From the human T2T-CHM13v2.0 reference genome, Homo sapiens: 64,000 bases of DNA. The notes beneath the pieces were generated by a model. The model was not told the DNA's origin, did no database searches, and saw only the letters and a program-made list of their open reading frames with translations. Positions 25,731 to 45,879 of the stretch are shown piece by piece. How positions within the stretch are numbered: position 1 is the stretch's first letter; the number at the start of each line of letters is the position of its first letter. Both the position numbers and the translations under genes were made by a program. The DNA lies in the NCBI RefSeq assembly GCF_009914755.1, contig NC_060927.1; one strand, 5' to 3'.

Positions 25731-28078
25731 TTGTGTGCAAATGTTATTGCATTTTAAAGCTATATTCTTATTATTATTCAATAAATGCTGATTTTCAACA
25801 TCTTAGAAGATAATTTCTCAAAAATATTGTTGCTGAAACTTTTATTCCCAAAATATTTTAGGGCAGCAATGTGTGAAAACATAGATATGTACTATAGTTT
25901 AAACGCTAAAATAACCAATTGCAAAGGAATTGAGAAGCGGCTATCTTGTCAACATACTTTAGTTAAGATGAGTGAGATGGTTCATTCACCACAAACAAGG
26001 AAATACTATAGTAAAACCTAAAATGTATAGCAGAAAGATCAATTCTGTAGCATGTGTAACCTGCAATATGCCTTTCTAATTTGAACTTGTCAAATATATA
26101 CAAAATACTGTAACATGGTGTGAGGCTAATACATCGATTAAAGATTTAGTAATAAATCATGTGCTGAGAAATAAATTTATTTGAAGGTGAAAATGACATC
26201 AGCAAGATGATGTAATAGAAAAGCCCCTGGCAATACTGCCCTGACAAAAATGCAAGTCAAAACTATTCAAAGGCAGGAAAACCATACTGAATACATCAGA
26301 ACTCCAGGAAGAAGCAGAGAAACTTCCTGGGCCCACAGAATCAAAAGAAGCTACAACCGGTAAGATAAATAATGATTTTAGACTGTACCACTCCCTCCTC
26401 TATGTTGGCATAATGCCACTCACAGAAGGTGAGAGAAGAAAATTGGAGGTGGATGTTCAGTCTCCTCACCAGTGTGGAAATCTTGACAGGAAGCACACTT
26501 TTTCCCAGTCACAAAAAACTGTCAGAGCCCCAAGAGGGCTGAACCATCTGAGATAAATTAGGGTCAACCACTGGGGTGCACAGCTCTTGGCAACTGTTCA
26601 GCACTTTGATCAGTGGGGAATGCCATGTTGAAGAGACTTGTTGGTGTCACAGCACTGCACAGGGCACGACCAAAGGAAGACTCAAATTTCTAGCCTGATT
26701 TCCTGTAAAGCCTAGGTGCTCCTGTGACGCCTTTGCCTGGCCTGGAAACAAGTAAAAGGTCAAGACTAAGACCCAGTGCCTGCTAAGTCTTACTAAGACT
26801 AGGAAACAATGGCAGGGCAGAAATATAGTTCCAGGGAAGCATTTAAGCTTTAGTGTTCACTGTAAGTCTTCCTCAGACTGGGAAACATTGATACGGCAGT
26901 GAGTTAGTTCCAATGCCATACTTCAGTTCTAATGCTCGCTATAAAACCTGCTCAGAATGGGAAGCAACAAAACCTAACTTTTAAGTTCCAATATTAAGAA
27001 GTAAAGGTCTAACATGACAGAAGAGCACTTGCAAATCTGAAAGAAGTTGTTATCTCTTCAAATGTACGGGCATCAACATGAAGATGCAAGAATTGTGAAA
27101 ACTCAGTCCACTAAAGAATCCAACAAAGTTCAAGCAATGGACCCAGAAGAACTGAAGATCTATGAAGTGCCTAATAGAGAATTCAGAATAATCTTCTTAA
27201 AGAAGTTTAAGAAAATCAGAGAAAATCACACAAAACATGTGGATAGAAAACTAAATGAAATGTAGAAAACAATTCAGAAACGATATGAGAAATCTCACCA
27301 AAAAAAATAAAGAATTGTTTAAACACAAGTAGAGATCTTAGAAAGAAAGTATATAATAACTGCAAAACTTAGTAGAAAGCTTCAATAATAGACTTGGTCA
27401 TATAGAGGAAAGAATTGGTGAGCTCAAAGAGAGAACTTATGAAATTAGCCAATCAGAGTGGCAAAAAGAAAAAAATAATTCAAAACAGTGAAGAAGACTT
27501 ACCAGAAGTAAGGAACACCATCAAATCTACTGACCTCCATATAATTGGAATTTCCAAAGGAGATAAAAGAAAATGGCATAAATGGCATATTTAAGAGGAC
27601 AATACTAAAAAAATTCAAAATCTGGACACAATGGCATATAGGTACAGAAAGCACACAGGTCAGCACTGAAATTCAACCCAAAGAAGATATGCCCAAGCAC
27701 ATAATAATAAAACTAGCAAAAACCAAAGTGAAAGAGAGAATACTCAAAAAAGCAAGAGAAAGGGAAGTATCACATTCAATGGCACCCTAAAATGGCTCTT
27801 AGTAGATTTCTCAGCAGAAATCTTGCAGTTTAAGAGTGAGTGGAATGCTATATTCAAACTGCTGAAGGAAAAAACTAACAATCAAGAAAACTATCCCCAG
27901 CAAAGCTATCCTTCAAACAAGAAACAGAGAAAAAGACTTTCACATACAAACAAAAGCTGAAAGAAATTATATTTTACAAATCTGTCTTATAAGACATTCC
28001 AAAAGGAGTTATTCAATCTAAAATAAAGGAATGCTTACATGCAGCAAGAAAATATCTGAAGGTATAAAACTCACTGAT

Positions 28079-28449
28079 GGATTAGGAAAATGTGGCACAT
28101 ATACACCATGGAATACTATGCAGCCATAAAAAAGGATGAGTTCATGTCCTTTGCAGGGACATGGATGAAGCTGGAAACCATCATTCTCAGCAAATTTTCA
28201 CAAGATCAGAAAACCAAATACTGCATGTTATCACTCATAATTGGGAGCTGAACAATGAGAACACATGGACACTGGGAGGGGAACATCACACACCAGGGCA
28301 TCTCTGGGGGTTGGCGGCTAGGGAAGGGATAACATTAGGAAAAATACCTAATGTAGGTGACAGGTTGAGGAGTGCAGCAAACCACCATGGCATGTGTATA
28401 CCTATGTAACAAAATTGCACGTTCTGCACATTTAACCCAGAACTTACAG

Positions 28450-28496
<47 letters not shown>

Positions 28497-28925
28497 CTAT
28501 ATATATATAAGAGAATAGTAAAGATAAGTCTTAACATGTAAATCCTTGGAAGGGGTTTCATTCAAAAAAATGAACTTCCTGTTACAGAACAAATAAGCAA
28601 TACTTAATCAATTCCTCTTAAAGGTAACATTTGAGAGGGGAGGATAGCAGCTCCTGAAAGGAGAGGAGGTTGAAAGAGAGACTTTTGTGGAAGCCACAGA
28701 TTCATCTAGATTTGCTGCCCAGTTTCCTCATCCATGTCAAAGGTAAACATTAAAATGAAGCGCATTTCTATTCCTGTTTCTTTTCTGTAAAAGTTTCTAA
28801 TCCAAGTTGTCATTGGATAGCTTCACTAAATGGGGTGCTGTTTTGTTTTCATTTTTGTTCACAGAAAAATCTTTATTTATGGTCGGCTAGTGAATTTGAA
28901 TAAATAGGGTTTAAAATGGAAAAAT
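28079..28925 (+). mobile_element. 5'-truncated L1PA 3' end with (CA)n tail and ~420 bp of 3'-transduced sequence
   Basis: TSD aaactcactgat at 28067-28078 and 28926-28937; AATAAA at 28899-28904. Confidence 0.8.
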
Positions 28926-29050
28926 AAACTCACTGATAGAAGCTAGAGAGCAGACAAATTCAAAATATACTAACAGTGTAATTTTGGAAAATAAATAACT
29001 TATATCTTAAGTATGATGACTAAAGGAGAAGCTATTGAAAACAAAAAAAA

Positions 29051-29367
29051 GGCTAGGCGCGATGGCTCATGCCTGTAATCCCAGCACTTTGGGAGGCCTA
29101 GGCGGGCAGATCCTGAGGTCAGGAGATCGAGACCATCCTGGCTAACGTGGTGAAACTCTGTCTCTACTAAAAATACAAAAAATTAGCTGGGCGTGGTGGC
29201 GGGCACCTGTAGTCCCAGCTACTTGGGACTGAGGCAGGAGAATGGCGTGAACCTGGGAGGCGGAGCTTTCATTGAGCCGAGATTGTGCCCCTGCACTTCA
29301 GCCTGGGTGACAGAGCAAGACTCCATCTCAAACAAAACAAAACAAACAAACAAAAAAAACAAAAAAA
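29051..29367 (+). mobile_element. AluY-like
   Basis: 'gagatcgagaccatcctggctaac' and 'gagaatggcgtgaacc'. Confidence 0.95.
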
Positions 29368-32300
29368 GCCTTACAGAAATTGGTTAAGAGATTGATAACA
29401 ACAAAAAAACATGTAAATTGAAATTTCAAAAGATCACAATATGGTGAGGTGCAATAGTATTAAAGTGTAGAGTTTTTTTTTGATACTTTTCTTTGAAATA
29501 TCAAGTTGTTATGAGTTTAACATAACTTACTATAACTAAAGGATTTTTTAATCCTAATGGTAACCATAAAGTAAAAACCTGTATTACATATACTGAAAAT
29601 ACACAAGACATAATGAAAACAATGCTAGGTAAAAATTAATCACAATAGATGACAATAAGAGAGAAAAAATAAAGGATCTATAAAGCAAACAGAAAAAGTA
29701 ACAAATGGGCAGTAATAAACACATACTAGTCAATCATAACCTTGAATACAAACTGGTTAAATTCTATGATTAAAAGATATAGAGTGGCTGAGTGAATAAA
29801 CAGGTAAGACCCAAATCTATGCTATCTACAAATAAACTTACATAACCTATAAAGACATGCACAAACTGCAAGTAAAGAGGTGGAAAAAGATATTCCATGT
29901 TAACAGAAGCCAAAAATGTGCAGGAGTAGCTGTCTACATATCAGATAATAAAGGAATTTAAGCCAAGAACAGTAAAAAAAAAAAAAAAAAAAAAAAGACA
30001 AGGTAATTATATAAAGTGGTCAACTAAACAAGAGGATACAACAATTGTAAATATATATGCACCAGATAGAAGTGCACCCACATATGTAAAGCATGTATTA
30101 ATAGTTCGGAAAAGAGTGGCTGCATGCAATAATAGTAGGGGACTTTAAACACCCCACATTCATCAGTGTACATATCGTCCGGAAAAAAATATATACACAA
30201 AGAAATATAGATGATAAACAGCATCCTAGAACAAACGGACCTGATAGATATTTATAGAACATTTAATTTCATTCTACAGCTGCAGAATGAACATTTTTTT
30301 CCCAACAGCACATTCTCCAAAATAGACTATGTTACACTTAACAAATTTGAAAATACCAAAATTATACCAAGTATCTTTTCTGACCACAATAGAATCAAAC
30401 AACAAATTAATAATAACATAACTTTGGAAACTATACAGACACATAGAAATTAAACAAGGTGCCACTGAATAATGAGTGGGTCAATGAAGTAATTAAAAAG
30501 GGAACAAAAACATTTTTTTGAGACCAACGAAAATGGAAACATAATTTAAAAAATTAGAGGATTATAGCAAAATCAGTTGTAAGAGGAGAGTTTGTGGCAA
30601 TAAATTCCTACATCTAAAAAGGAGAAAGACTGCAAATAAGCAATTTAATGTTATACTTCAAGGAACTAAATAGGAAAGTTGAGAAAAAAAACTACAAGGA
30701 AAATAAATAATAAAGATCATGACAGAAATAAATAAAATTGAGACAAAAAATCATACACAAGATCAACAACACAAAAAGTAGGTTTTTTGAAAAGATAACC
30801 AACAAATCTTTACCAAGTTAAATAAGAAAATGAGAAGACACAAATAAATAAAATCAGAGACAAAATAGTAGACATTTTACCACAGATAACACGTAAATAC
30901 AAAAAAATCACCAGAGACTGTTTTAAATAACTATATACTAACAAATTGAAGAATGTAGAAGAATGGATAAATTCCTGGACACCTACAACCTGAATCAAGA
31001 TTGAATCAGGAAGAAATAGTAAACCTGAATAGGCCAATAATCTATAACTAGCAGGAAGCAGTAATAACAATTTTCTCATCAAAGAAAAGCCTGGAACCTG
31101 ATGGTTTCACAACTGACTTCTACCAAACATTTAAAGAACTAATGCCAATCTTCCTGAATCTATTCCAAAAGATTGAAGAAGAGGAACTACTTCAAAGTCA
31201 TTTATTGAAGCCAGCATTACTCTGGTAACAAATCTAGATGAGGCCACAACTAAAAAGAAAACTGCAGGCCATATCCCTGACTAAAAATAGATGCAATAAT
31301 CCTCAACAAAACATCAGCAAGCTGAATTAAGTAACCTTAAAGGAAATCATTCAACATGATGAAGTGGGATTAATTTCAGGAATGTAAGAATGATTTAATA
31401 TACACAAATTAATAAACATGATAGATCACACTAACAGAATCAAGTACAGAACCATATGATCATTCCAATAGATCTGAAAAAGCATTTCACATAATAAAAT
31501 GTCAGTCATGGTTAAAAAAAAACTCTCAAAAAAACTGGATATAGAAGTGCCATACCTAAGAACAATAAACTCCATATACAAAAAACCTATGGTGAATATT
31601 ATACTGAACAAGGAAAAATTGAAAGCCTATTCCCTAAAGCTTTGGACTAAGACAAGTATTTCCACTTTTTCCACTTTTATTGAATGTAGTACTAGAAGTT
31701 GTGGCCATGGCAATTAGGCAAGAAAAATAAATAAATTGCATTCAAATGGAAAGGAAGAAGTCAAATGATCCTTGTCCTCAGATGACATGATCTTATAGAT
31801 AAACATGAAAAGTCACCAAAACCTATTAGAACTGATAAACAAATTAAGTAAGGTTGGAGGATACAAAATCAACATACAAAAATTAGTACCATTTCTATAC
31901 ACCAACAGTGAACAATCTAAAAATGAAATCAAAAAAGCAACTGCACTACGATAGCTACAAAAATATCAAATACCTAGGAATATGTGTATTCAAAAAGTGA
32001 AAAATTTATGCAATAGCAACTATAAAACACAGATTAAATAAATTGTAAAGAATGCAAAATTTGAAAACTATTTTACACTCATAGTTTGGAAGAATTAATA
32101 TTATTAAACTTTCTATACTACCCATAGTGACCTACAGATTCAATGCAATCTCTATCAAAACACCAACTATATTCTTCATATAAAAAGAAAAAACTTTTAA
32201 ATTCCTATGGAAACAAAAACCACCTTAAATATCCAAAGCAATCCTGAGCAAAAAGACCAAAGCTCTAAGCATCACACTAATGGAATTCAAAATATACTAC

Positions 32301-33699
32301 AAATCTGTAGTAACTAAACCAGAATGACACTGGCATAAAAACAAATACATATACTAATGAAACAAATGCAGAATCCATAAGTAAGTCCACACATTTACAG
32401 TCAATTGACAAAGATGCCAAGAATATTCATTGAGAAAATGAGAGCCTCTTCAATAAATGGTCCTGAGAAAACTAAATATCTGTGTGCAGAAGAATAATAC
32501 TAGGCCCTTATTTCTCATCATATACAAAATTTAAATTGAAATGTATTTAAAGACTTAAGTGTAAGACAAACTATTAAAACGTTTTTTTGGTAACCTGAAA
32601 AGCTTAGGCAATAAATGCAGAAATAGACAAACAGAATTACATCAAGCTAAAGAACTTCTACAACACAAAGGAAATAAACAACAGTATGAAAACAAAACTG
32701 AGGAAACGGGAGAAAAATATTTGCAAACTAGCCTTCTGAGAAGGAATTAATAATCAGAATATATAAGAAACTTAACTTTATAGCAAATAAATAATCCAAT
32801 TTAAAAATGGTCAAATGATCTAAATAGACATTTATCAAACAAAGACATGCAAATAGCCAACAGGTATATGAAAAAATTTCAATATTACAAATTATAAGAC
32901 AAATGCAAATCAAAACCACAATGAGATACCTCACCTCAGTGAAAATGGCTATTACCAAAAAGACAAAAATACAGATGCTGGTGAGGATATGGAGAAAGGA
33001 AAATGCTAGTATAATCTACAGCATGTAAATTAGTGCAGCCATTATAGAGAACAATATGGAAGTTCCTTGAAAAAACAAAAATAAATCTACTATATGATCC
33101 AGGAATTCCACTGTTGGGTGTATATTTAAAAGAAAGGATATCAGACATATCTGCTCTCCCATGTTTATTGCAACACTATTCACAATAGCCATGATTTAAC
33201 TTAACTGTTCATCAACAGATGAATGGATAAAGAAAATATGGTATTTGTATATATGTACATATATAACATTATAACAATGTATATATCATACATACACACA
33301 TACAATGGGATATTATGCTATAAAAGAACAAAAATCTCATCATTTTCAGTCATTTATTTAAGTCAGATTACTTAAGTCTTTCTGACAATACAGAAAGACA
33401 AATATTGTAAGTTCTCACTCATATGTGAGAGCCAAAAAAGTGAATCTCATGGAAACAGAGATCAGAATTATGGTTACCAGAAGCTGGGAAGGATGATGGA
33501 GAGGGGTGCGTGAAAAAAGGCTGGTGAATGAGCATAAAAATACAGTTAGATAGAAGATAAAAGCTGCAGTGTTTAATAGCCCAGTAGGATGACTATAGTT
33601 AAATATAACTACATGTTGAAAATATTATATTGCAAGAATAGGGAAAATAGAAAGTTATTTTAAAAAACAAATAATTAAATTATTTTACATGCTGTATGT

Positions 33700-34280
33700 C
33701 TTTGAGAGGCATTATCCAAAATATACTACTTCTTAAATATTTTAAGAACTGAGACAAACTACGATAAGTCAAAATAATTTAAATAAGACTGCATACTGCA
33801 TAGGTTAATACAACCTAGCTTTCTTTTGTTCTAGAAAATCTTCACACATGAAAGACAAGATTATGTATGAATAAATATCTTCATTATTTGCTTTAGGAAA
33901 ATCCTACAAGATAAATTTATCAAAGTCTGATCACCTGATGAAATAGCTCACTTATGAGAAAATAGTTTGTCAAGACTTATTTCAATACCCATATTTTGTT
34001 ATACATAACCAATACTAAACTAGTATATCATAAACTTTTGTTGGTCCCAATCTGTATGAGTTTTGCATCTGGAAAGATCTACCTTAAGTCACCTGAACCA
34101 AGATGCAAATATCCAATTTACCGATTTAAATATCTGTAAATATCATGTTTCTGACTTTCCCTTTTTTAGACACTGCTACAACTCTCAAAGTTTTCTTCTC
34201 CTACAACATTAGTTCTAATACATTTAGCTTTGCTTCATTAACAGGTATTATGATTTTATTTAAAGAGTTTAACCCCATGA
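33700..34280 (+). mobile_element. Old ERV1-type LTR (MER31/MER67-like)
   Basis: LTR-like end 'taatacatttagctttgcttcattaacagg'; family tentative. Confidence 0.4.
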
Positions 34281-34724
34281 AAGTTGAAGTTAAAGAAAAT
34301 AGATAAACTTCATTAGCACTTAGCTTATATACAGTGTTAAATTAAAAATAATCACATATTCTTATATTTTAATTTAAAAAATAATACTTGATCATAAAAC
34401 TAATTATTTTATGTGCAAATACTGGATTTGAGTGCAAACATGACATATATTTAAATGTATATGAATAAATAAATATCTGAATCATTTTAATATTGAGGTA
34501 CCTATATCAGATATAGTATAACTCATAGGTTTTAACTCAACTACAAACCACAAATTTATTTACTGAAGTTGAATAATTAATTGTCTGTCTTACATGTTTG
34601 AAGTTAAAATTATTACAAAATTAATTTAAAATGCCAAGTTACAGTTTGATTTTAAAAGATGTGTGTAATTTTAAACATATTTTAGTATTAAACTACACTT
34701 GAACTTAGGCATTTCCCACAAGAT

Positions 34725-35586
34725 TATTTATATATGAAATTTAAATACATATATAAATATGTATATACCATATAGGTTTATTATATATTAAAATATATTT
34801 ATATATTTATTAAATAGATATAAGTGAGACTCCTGGGAAACTAAAGTTGTATATATAATTTATATATGTGGTTATTTATATATGTATATATAATGCATTT
34901 ATGTATATATACATATAGGAATATTATATTTATGTTTTATATGTACATATATACATGTGTATATATGTGTATATTTGTGTATATATGTATATGTATGTAT
35001 ATATTCTATTATATATATGCATATATATATTCCTCAGGTTTCTCAGAAGCCTCTCTCATTTATATATATTTAAATACATAATACATATATATGCATGTAT
35101 TTATATATGTGCATATATACTTGTATAATATATTATATATTATATATAATTATATATAATATAAAATTATAGATATATATTATCTATGTACATACATTAT
35201 ATATAGATATACATAGATAATATAAAATACATAGATAATATATAATTATAAATATAATATATGTACATATAATATATAATATATACATGTATAATATAAT
35301 ATTTATGTTATACATATATGCACATATAAAAACATGTATATACACATATAAATATAATATTTAATACATGTAATAATATTGTAGATCTATGATAGATATT
35401 TATATTTATAATATGATAGATATATGATAGATACTTACATGTATATATACACATATACATAAACGTGTATATATAATATATACACACGTATACGTAAACG
35501 TGTGTATATAATATATACACACATATACGTAAATGTGTGTATATATTACATATACATACACACGTGTATATATATTTTTTATATAT
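34725..35586. repeat. TA-rich low-complexity / (TA)n(TG/CA)n tract
   Basis: Directly visible. Confidence 0.95.
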
Positions 35587-36033
35587 AGGGAGAGGAAGAG
35601 AGCAAGACAGCATGTGAGAGCCACAGAATTTTCTACAGAATGGTAGAAATTATATAAAAAGTGATAGAGTAATATGTAAACAAACACTTTGATCACTGTG
35701 ATTAAAAATCTTTAGTAAACATAATCATCTCATTCATTCATAGAAAAATCAGGAACATTGGTTCATGCTAACTTATGTGTATCTTCATAATTACATTTAT
35801 TTTAAAAATTGATCAGTACTATAATCTTAGGTATTTTATTTAAATTAGTTCTAATAACCTATTGTTTAAATCTACCTCCAAATAGACATTGTGATTTTGT
35901 TTTTTCTTGTTCATATAAACACAAAATTTTATATAATACAAATATACACTTAATCCACATGTATTCACACATATGAATTGAGAATTGTATTAAATGTCTC
36001 CCAACAAAAGTGTATGAAACAATTAATTAACTA

Positions 36034-36688
<655 letters not shown>

Positions 36689-36889
36689 TAGAATTTATAT
36701 TTAATTCAGTGAGAAACAGTTGATTTTAATTAATTGAATTTTTATTGAATTAATTATTTGTTAACAAGGGCAATATAGATAAATGTAAATATTTGTTGCA
36801 TATATTTTAAATTTTAAAAAGTAATTAACCATTCACTATTCACCTTATTTAAAATAGTATTCTCCTAATGGCTCAAAAAATTTTTTTTC

Positions 36890-37040
36890 AACCAAGTGTG
36901 GTGGCTCTCACCTGTAATCCCAGCACTTTGGAAAGCTGAACCAGGTGGATTGCTTGAGCCCAAGATTTAGAGATGAGCAACATAATGACCCTGTCTCTAC
37001 CAAAAATACAAACATTAGCTGGGCATGGTGGTGCACACCA
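36890..37040 (+). mobile_element. Alu left monomer (AluJ/FLAM-like)
   Basis: 'gtggctctcacctgtaatcccagcactttgg'. Confidence 0.85.
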
Positions 37041-37739
37041 TTATTTCAGAATAATCAGAAATAGTACAAAATAGATATAAGTTAATTTCCACATTTTGAC
37101 TAAAACAAAAAGACTTATGACTTATATTTTCTTCTCTATATTACGCTGTTGTATGAACAAGTCAGTGTTACTTTAAAATTAATTGCAAATGATATTAGAG
37201 AATAAAACAAAAATTCTTGTTTATCAAATTCAAGGGTGATCTTTAGCTTTTTGTATTTTATATTTATTAATAAACTAAAATGAGAGAGGCTTCTGATAAA
37301 CTATATTATTGAAAAAATATTTAATCTTAATATTAGTTAATATTCAATATAATATTAAATTTTTAACATTTAAATTATAAATTACAAAACAATTCTAAAA
37401 TATAACAGTCGTTTTATTTAAATATATAAATTTTTATGAAAGATATTCATTATTAAACAAATGTTTTCTGAGAGGTGAATGCTATAAAATTAATGATTAA
37501 TGGAAAAACAAAATGTATTAATCAAATATATATTTTAAAATGTTTAAATATTTAGAGCGATACTTTAAATACAGACAATAGTGAAAATAACTGACATCAA
37601 TTTACAAGCTTTTTTTAAACAAGACATAAATGATATGCAGTAAGATGTAAAGGCATGCAATACTCTTTCTTCCCTTCTTCCATGGTAATTTTACTTCTGA
37701 TTTATATCTGGAATATGACCTTCAGAATAAATAGTATCT

Positions 37740-38110
37740 TTTCTATTCTAAAATATTTATTTGATGGCCATAGCTAGGCATATAAATATGTCTAAGTGAT
37801 CACCACTGAGATTTACACTTTTGTACAAATCCTCTGTAATGTTCTCAATTTTTTTTCTTGTCTCTTTCCTTTCTTTCTTCTGCCTGCAGTTGTAATGTAA
37901 TAGCTAAAATGTTAGCAGCTATATTGAATCCTGGAGTGATTTTGAGAATAGAATGTGTGCATATTGAACATACAACAAAAGTACTTGGATTCATACTTGC
38001 CCTGGACTGACCTCCTCCTGTTACTTTGAGAACTAGAAAAAAAAATCTTATTTAGCTTAATGCATGAGTATTATAATGACTTTTAATGTTATCACTAAAT
38101 ATATTCCTAA
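37740..38110 (+). mobile_element. MLT1-like MaLR LTR fragment
   Basis: 'ttcttctgcctg...agcagctatattg...gccctggactgacctcc'; family tentative. Confidence 0.45.
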
Positions 38111-38409
38111 TACTTAATTCAACCCAATAAATCAATAAATGTAAAATTTGTGAATATAAAAATTATGAAAGTATGTACAATGGAAGATATGAATAAATTT
38201 GATAAATTATATAGAGATCAAAATAATCACAGTTGGTTCCAGAAAGTGACTACTAATAGAAATGTTTCTGGCAAATGCCTTGAGGAAAAACAGAAAAGAT
38301 ATAAGTAAATAATACTAAATATCAAATTGAAAATATTGGAAAATATTAAACAAACTGCAAAATACAAATAAACTGAGCAATTTTCTAGAAAAATATAAAT
38401 CAGTACTAG

Positions 38410-38937
38410 GTAGTGTGAATGTCTAGGCTTTCAAGTTCTAGAGACACCACCCTAGTGGGGAAAAGGGAGATGTCTCATTACTGTTGGTGAAAGTGAAAGT
38501 CTAAAATCTCCACTCAGTCTTTGCTGATGGTATACACAGTGTTGTTTTCCCCCTCCTCTAACCATATTTTGCTGGAGTAGGACGTTTATTGTTTGAAAAA
38601 AGAAGTCTTCTGTCTGGCTAGGCTGCTAATTTTATGGTTCTTTGGCAAGAGGGAACAGGCTTTCTTGTGACTTTTTGTTGACTGTCATTTTACACTTTTG
38701 TTTTGGGGCTCCTTTAGCAATCAGCTTTAGATATACAGGATACAAAAATAAAACCCAGAAAACTCATCTCACCACTTTAGATATCGTAAGTCCCAGGGTT
38801 CCTAGTCAATCTTCTTTTCTCTGCTTTTAACCCTCTTCTTTTGTTTATTTTATATATAATGCTTAGGGTGTTTTGCTGTACTTAGTGGGAGGTACGGGAA
38901 GAAATACTTCTACTCCATCTTGTCCAAAACTGGAAGA
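38410..38937 (-). mobile_element. MER21-like LTR
   Basis: End 'tctactccatcttgtccaaaactggaag'; family tentative. Confidence 0.5.
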
Positions 38938-39225
38938 TGTATTAGATACTTGTCTGGTCTGTTGCAGTGTTGTCATCTAAAAAGTCATTCCTAGTTGACT
39001 CGTTATGAGCTAATTTATAGGAAGAACTCATACTAGGGGTTGGGTTGGGTGGCAGCCCAAACAAATGAGAAATAAGATTATCAATATCATTTTGTAGCAG
39101 CTGTATTAATCACCAACTTAGTCTACTTTTCTTCATGTTTCTTATCCAACACAAACAATGCAATTACTTTTTAGTGACCTTATTCCTTATGGTACTCCTA
39201 GGTGTGTTTATCAAAACACGCTCAC

Positions 39226-39957
39226 CTCAGACGCTTAATGATGGTTTTTCTTTGAACATTCTTTCAAAATGTTCAATGAGGAGATGCAGATTTGGCAATG
39301 GGTCAATTTACCAATCCGGTTTTGGCTTGCATATTAAATCTACATATTCCTTTCTAAGGGTGGTCATAAAAAGTGAAGGGAAAGCTGTTATCACATCTTC
39401 TTCAGAGTACACTCTTGAATGTTGTTTGGTGGTGGCAAAAATATCAGTTCTCACATTTTCAATGGATTCATCCTTTCTTTAATTGCAGAACTGAATTAGA
39501 ATACAATTTGTTTTTACAAACAAAAAGTTTAGATAAAGCCTTCAAAAGATGTTTAGTATTACATTGTTCTAAACCCTTCTAGTGTTCCATGTAACTTGGA
39601 GTCTTATAAATCATCCTCAGAACATTCCCATTCTGTCTTTATCTTCCCCTTTTTTTTTTGAGACAGGGTTTCTCTCTGTAACCCAGACTGCAATTTGCTC
39701 ATACAAAAAGTTTCTCAAATATGCTGATTCTCAGTTTTCCTCCATGAAATTGTGCCATATTGAAAGACGAACACAAGAATTAGGGTCATAGTTTGTACAC
39801 AGGAAGCAGTAATCTGAACCAGGCGGTACTTAAATTTAGAATGATGCAGATTTGTGAGACATGTCTGCAAATCGTCCTTTGGATGTGTTGCTTGTGCACT
39901 TTATGACTCAGGTCCCTATACTAATGTATGGTCACTTCCATTGCAGATCTAATAAAC
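39226..39957 (-). pseudogene. Large pseudo-exon with an RGS-like domain, interrupted by an Alu tail fragment
   Basis: Acceptor 'aattgaag|' and donor 'GAG|gtgagc'. Contains WHNFMEEN*ESAYLRNFLYEQIA (alpha3-like) and ENVRTDIFATTKQHSRVYSEEDVITAFPSLF, which follows the RGS alpha7-alpha9 pattern FD.AQ..I..LME.DSY.RFL.S. Confidence 0.7.
39650..39690 (-). mobile_element. ~40-bp Alu 3' tail fragment inside a pseudo-exon
   Basis: Minus strand 'cagtctgggttacagagagaaaccctgtctcaaaaaaaaaa'. Confidence 0.75.
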
Positions 39958-40606
39958 CTTCAATTTCAAACAGATGAAATTTTATATTAAAGACTACTTC
40001 CAGAACAGACAGTCAGGGACAAACAAACAAAAAGGAAATTCCTCATAAGATTTTGAGAGTTAAATCAAAGAAAATTTGTGTGTAAAAAACAATGTTTTGT
40101 TGAAACAAAATTAATCAGTCTTCACATCCAGCTTGAGATGTGGCCTTGAAGCTTTTATGTTCATACTCACCTTCCTTATGGCTTTCCTCTTAGTGACTTA
40201 GCAAAATGTGGCAAGGACAGATAGGAGTGTTGTTACTAATAAGGCTGATTTTTCCCAAGATAAGAGTTTTTATATATGATTAGATAATCAAAGGATTCCC
40301 AAAAGTGTTGCTTATTCCTAGGAAGATATTTGGGAGCTTGACAAAAAGTATTTAGAGTTCAGACACAATACAATACTATGTTATTGTCACTATCAGGGGG
40401 ACCTCTGGTTGAAAGATTAAAAAAGGCCTTCAATGGAGTGCACAGTACCAAGCTGGGAATTTTAGGCTGTAGCAGGGAAAGTGTGTTGACCAGATCTCTG
40501 TGTGGCTTCTAAGATGGTCCTCACCTGGACTCCCAGAAAGCCACACAAACAACCATTACTCAAGCAAAACCAAGTTTATTAAACTTCCTTTAATAAGAGA
40601 GAACAC

Positions 40607-45434
<4,828 letters not shown>

Positions 45435-45879
45435 AATAAGAGAGAACACCATCTTGCCATAGTTTTAAATATTCTTGTAAGAAGCTGGTTGGCCAGGGGA
45501 ATATATTTATACTGTTTCAGTCTGTACTCAAGTGGTTTAAGAGGTTTCAAGACAAGAAATATTAGAATTAGGCAAAGTCGATGACATAATAATTTAGGTC
45601 TGATGGATACTACAAGGTGATCGTGAAGTGAATATTGTTTGGTAAGTCAGTTGTTTGCTGAGCTTAGTCTTTAAGTAAAAAGATTTTCTGGGTACAAAAG
45701 TTGTTTGCTGACAATAAAGCTATTTATTGGCTTATAGCCTTAGCTTTCCGGTCAATAAATCCCTGAAACAGTTATTTCATGTTGACATACATGGTTATGT
45801 TCATTAATTCTGATAATCAAGTTATGTGGATGTTGGTGATTGACTGTAATTCTCAACACTAAGGACAGCTCATAAAAGT

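Larger units (their letters stand above)
26185..33640 (+). mobile_element. Near full-length degenerate L1MA, interrupted by an L1PA insertion with transduction and by an AluY
   Basis: 5' 'tgacatcagcaagatg', ORF1 and ORF2 remnants (ORFs 27545, 30211, 31499), and an L1MA-type 3'UTR 'tacagttagatagaag'. Confidence 0.9.

Noticed and set aside
34866-35696. ORFs rich in Y/I/C/V
   Set aside because: Translations of TA/TG simple repeats.
39270-39330. W*IDPLP resemblance to NPHP3/NACHT-type proteins
   Set aside because: Short match only; no P-loop seen in any segment.
39135-39582. Plus-strand ORFs of 115 and 69 aa
   Set aside because: Antisense shadows of the minus-strand pseudo-exon.
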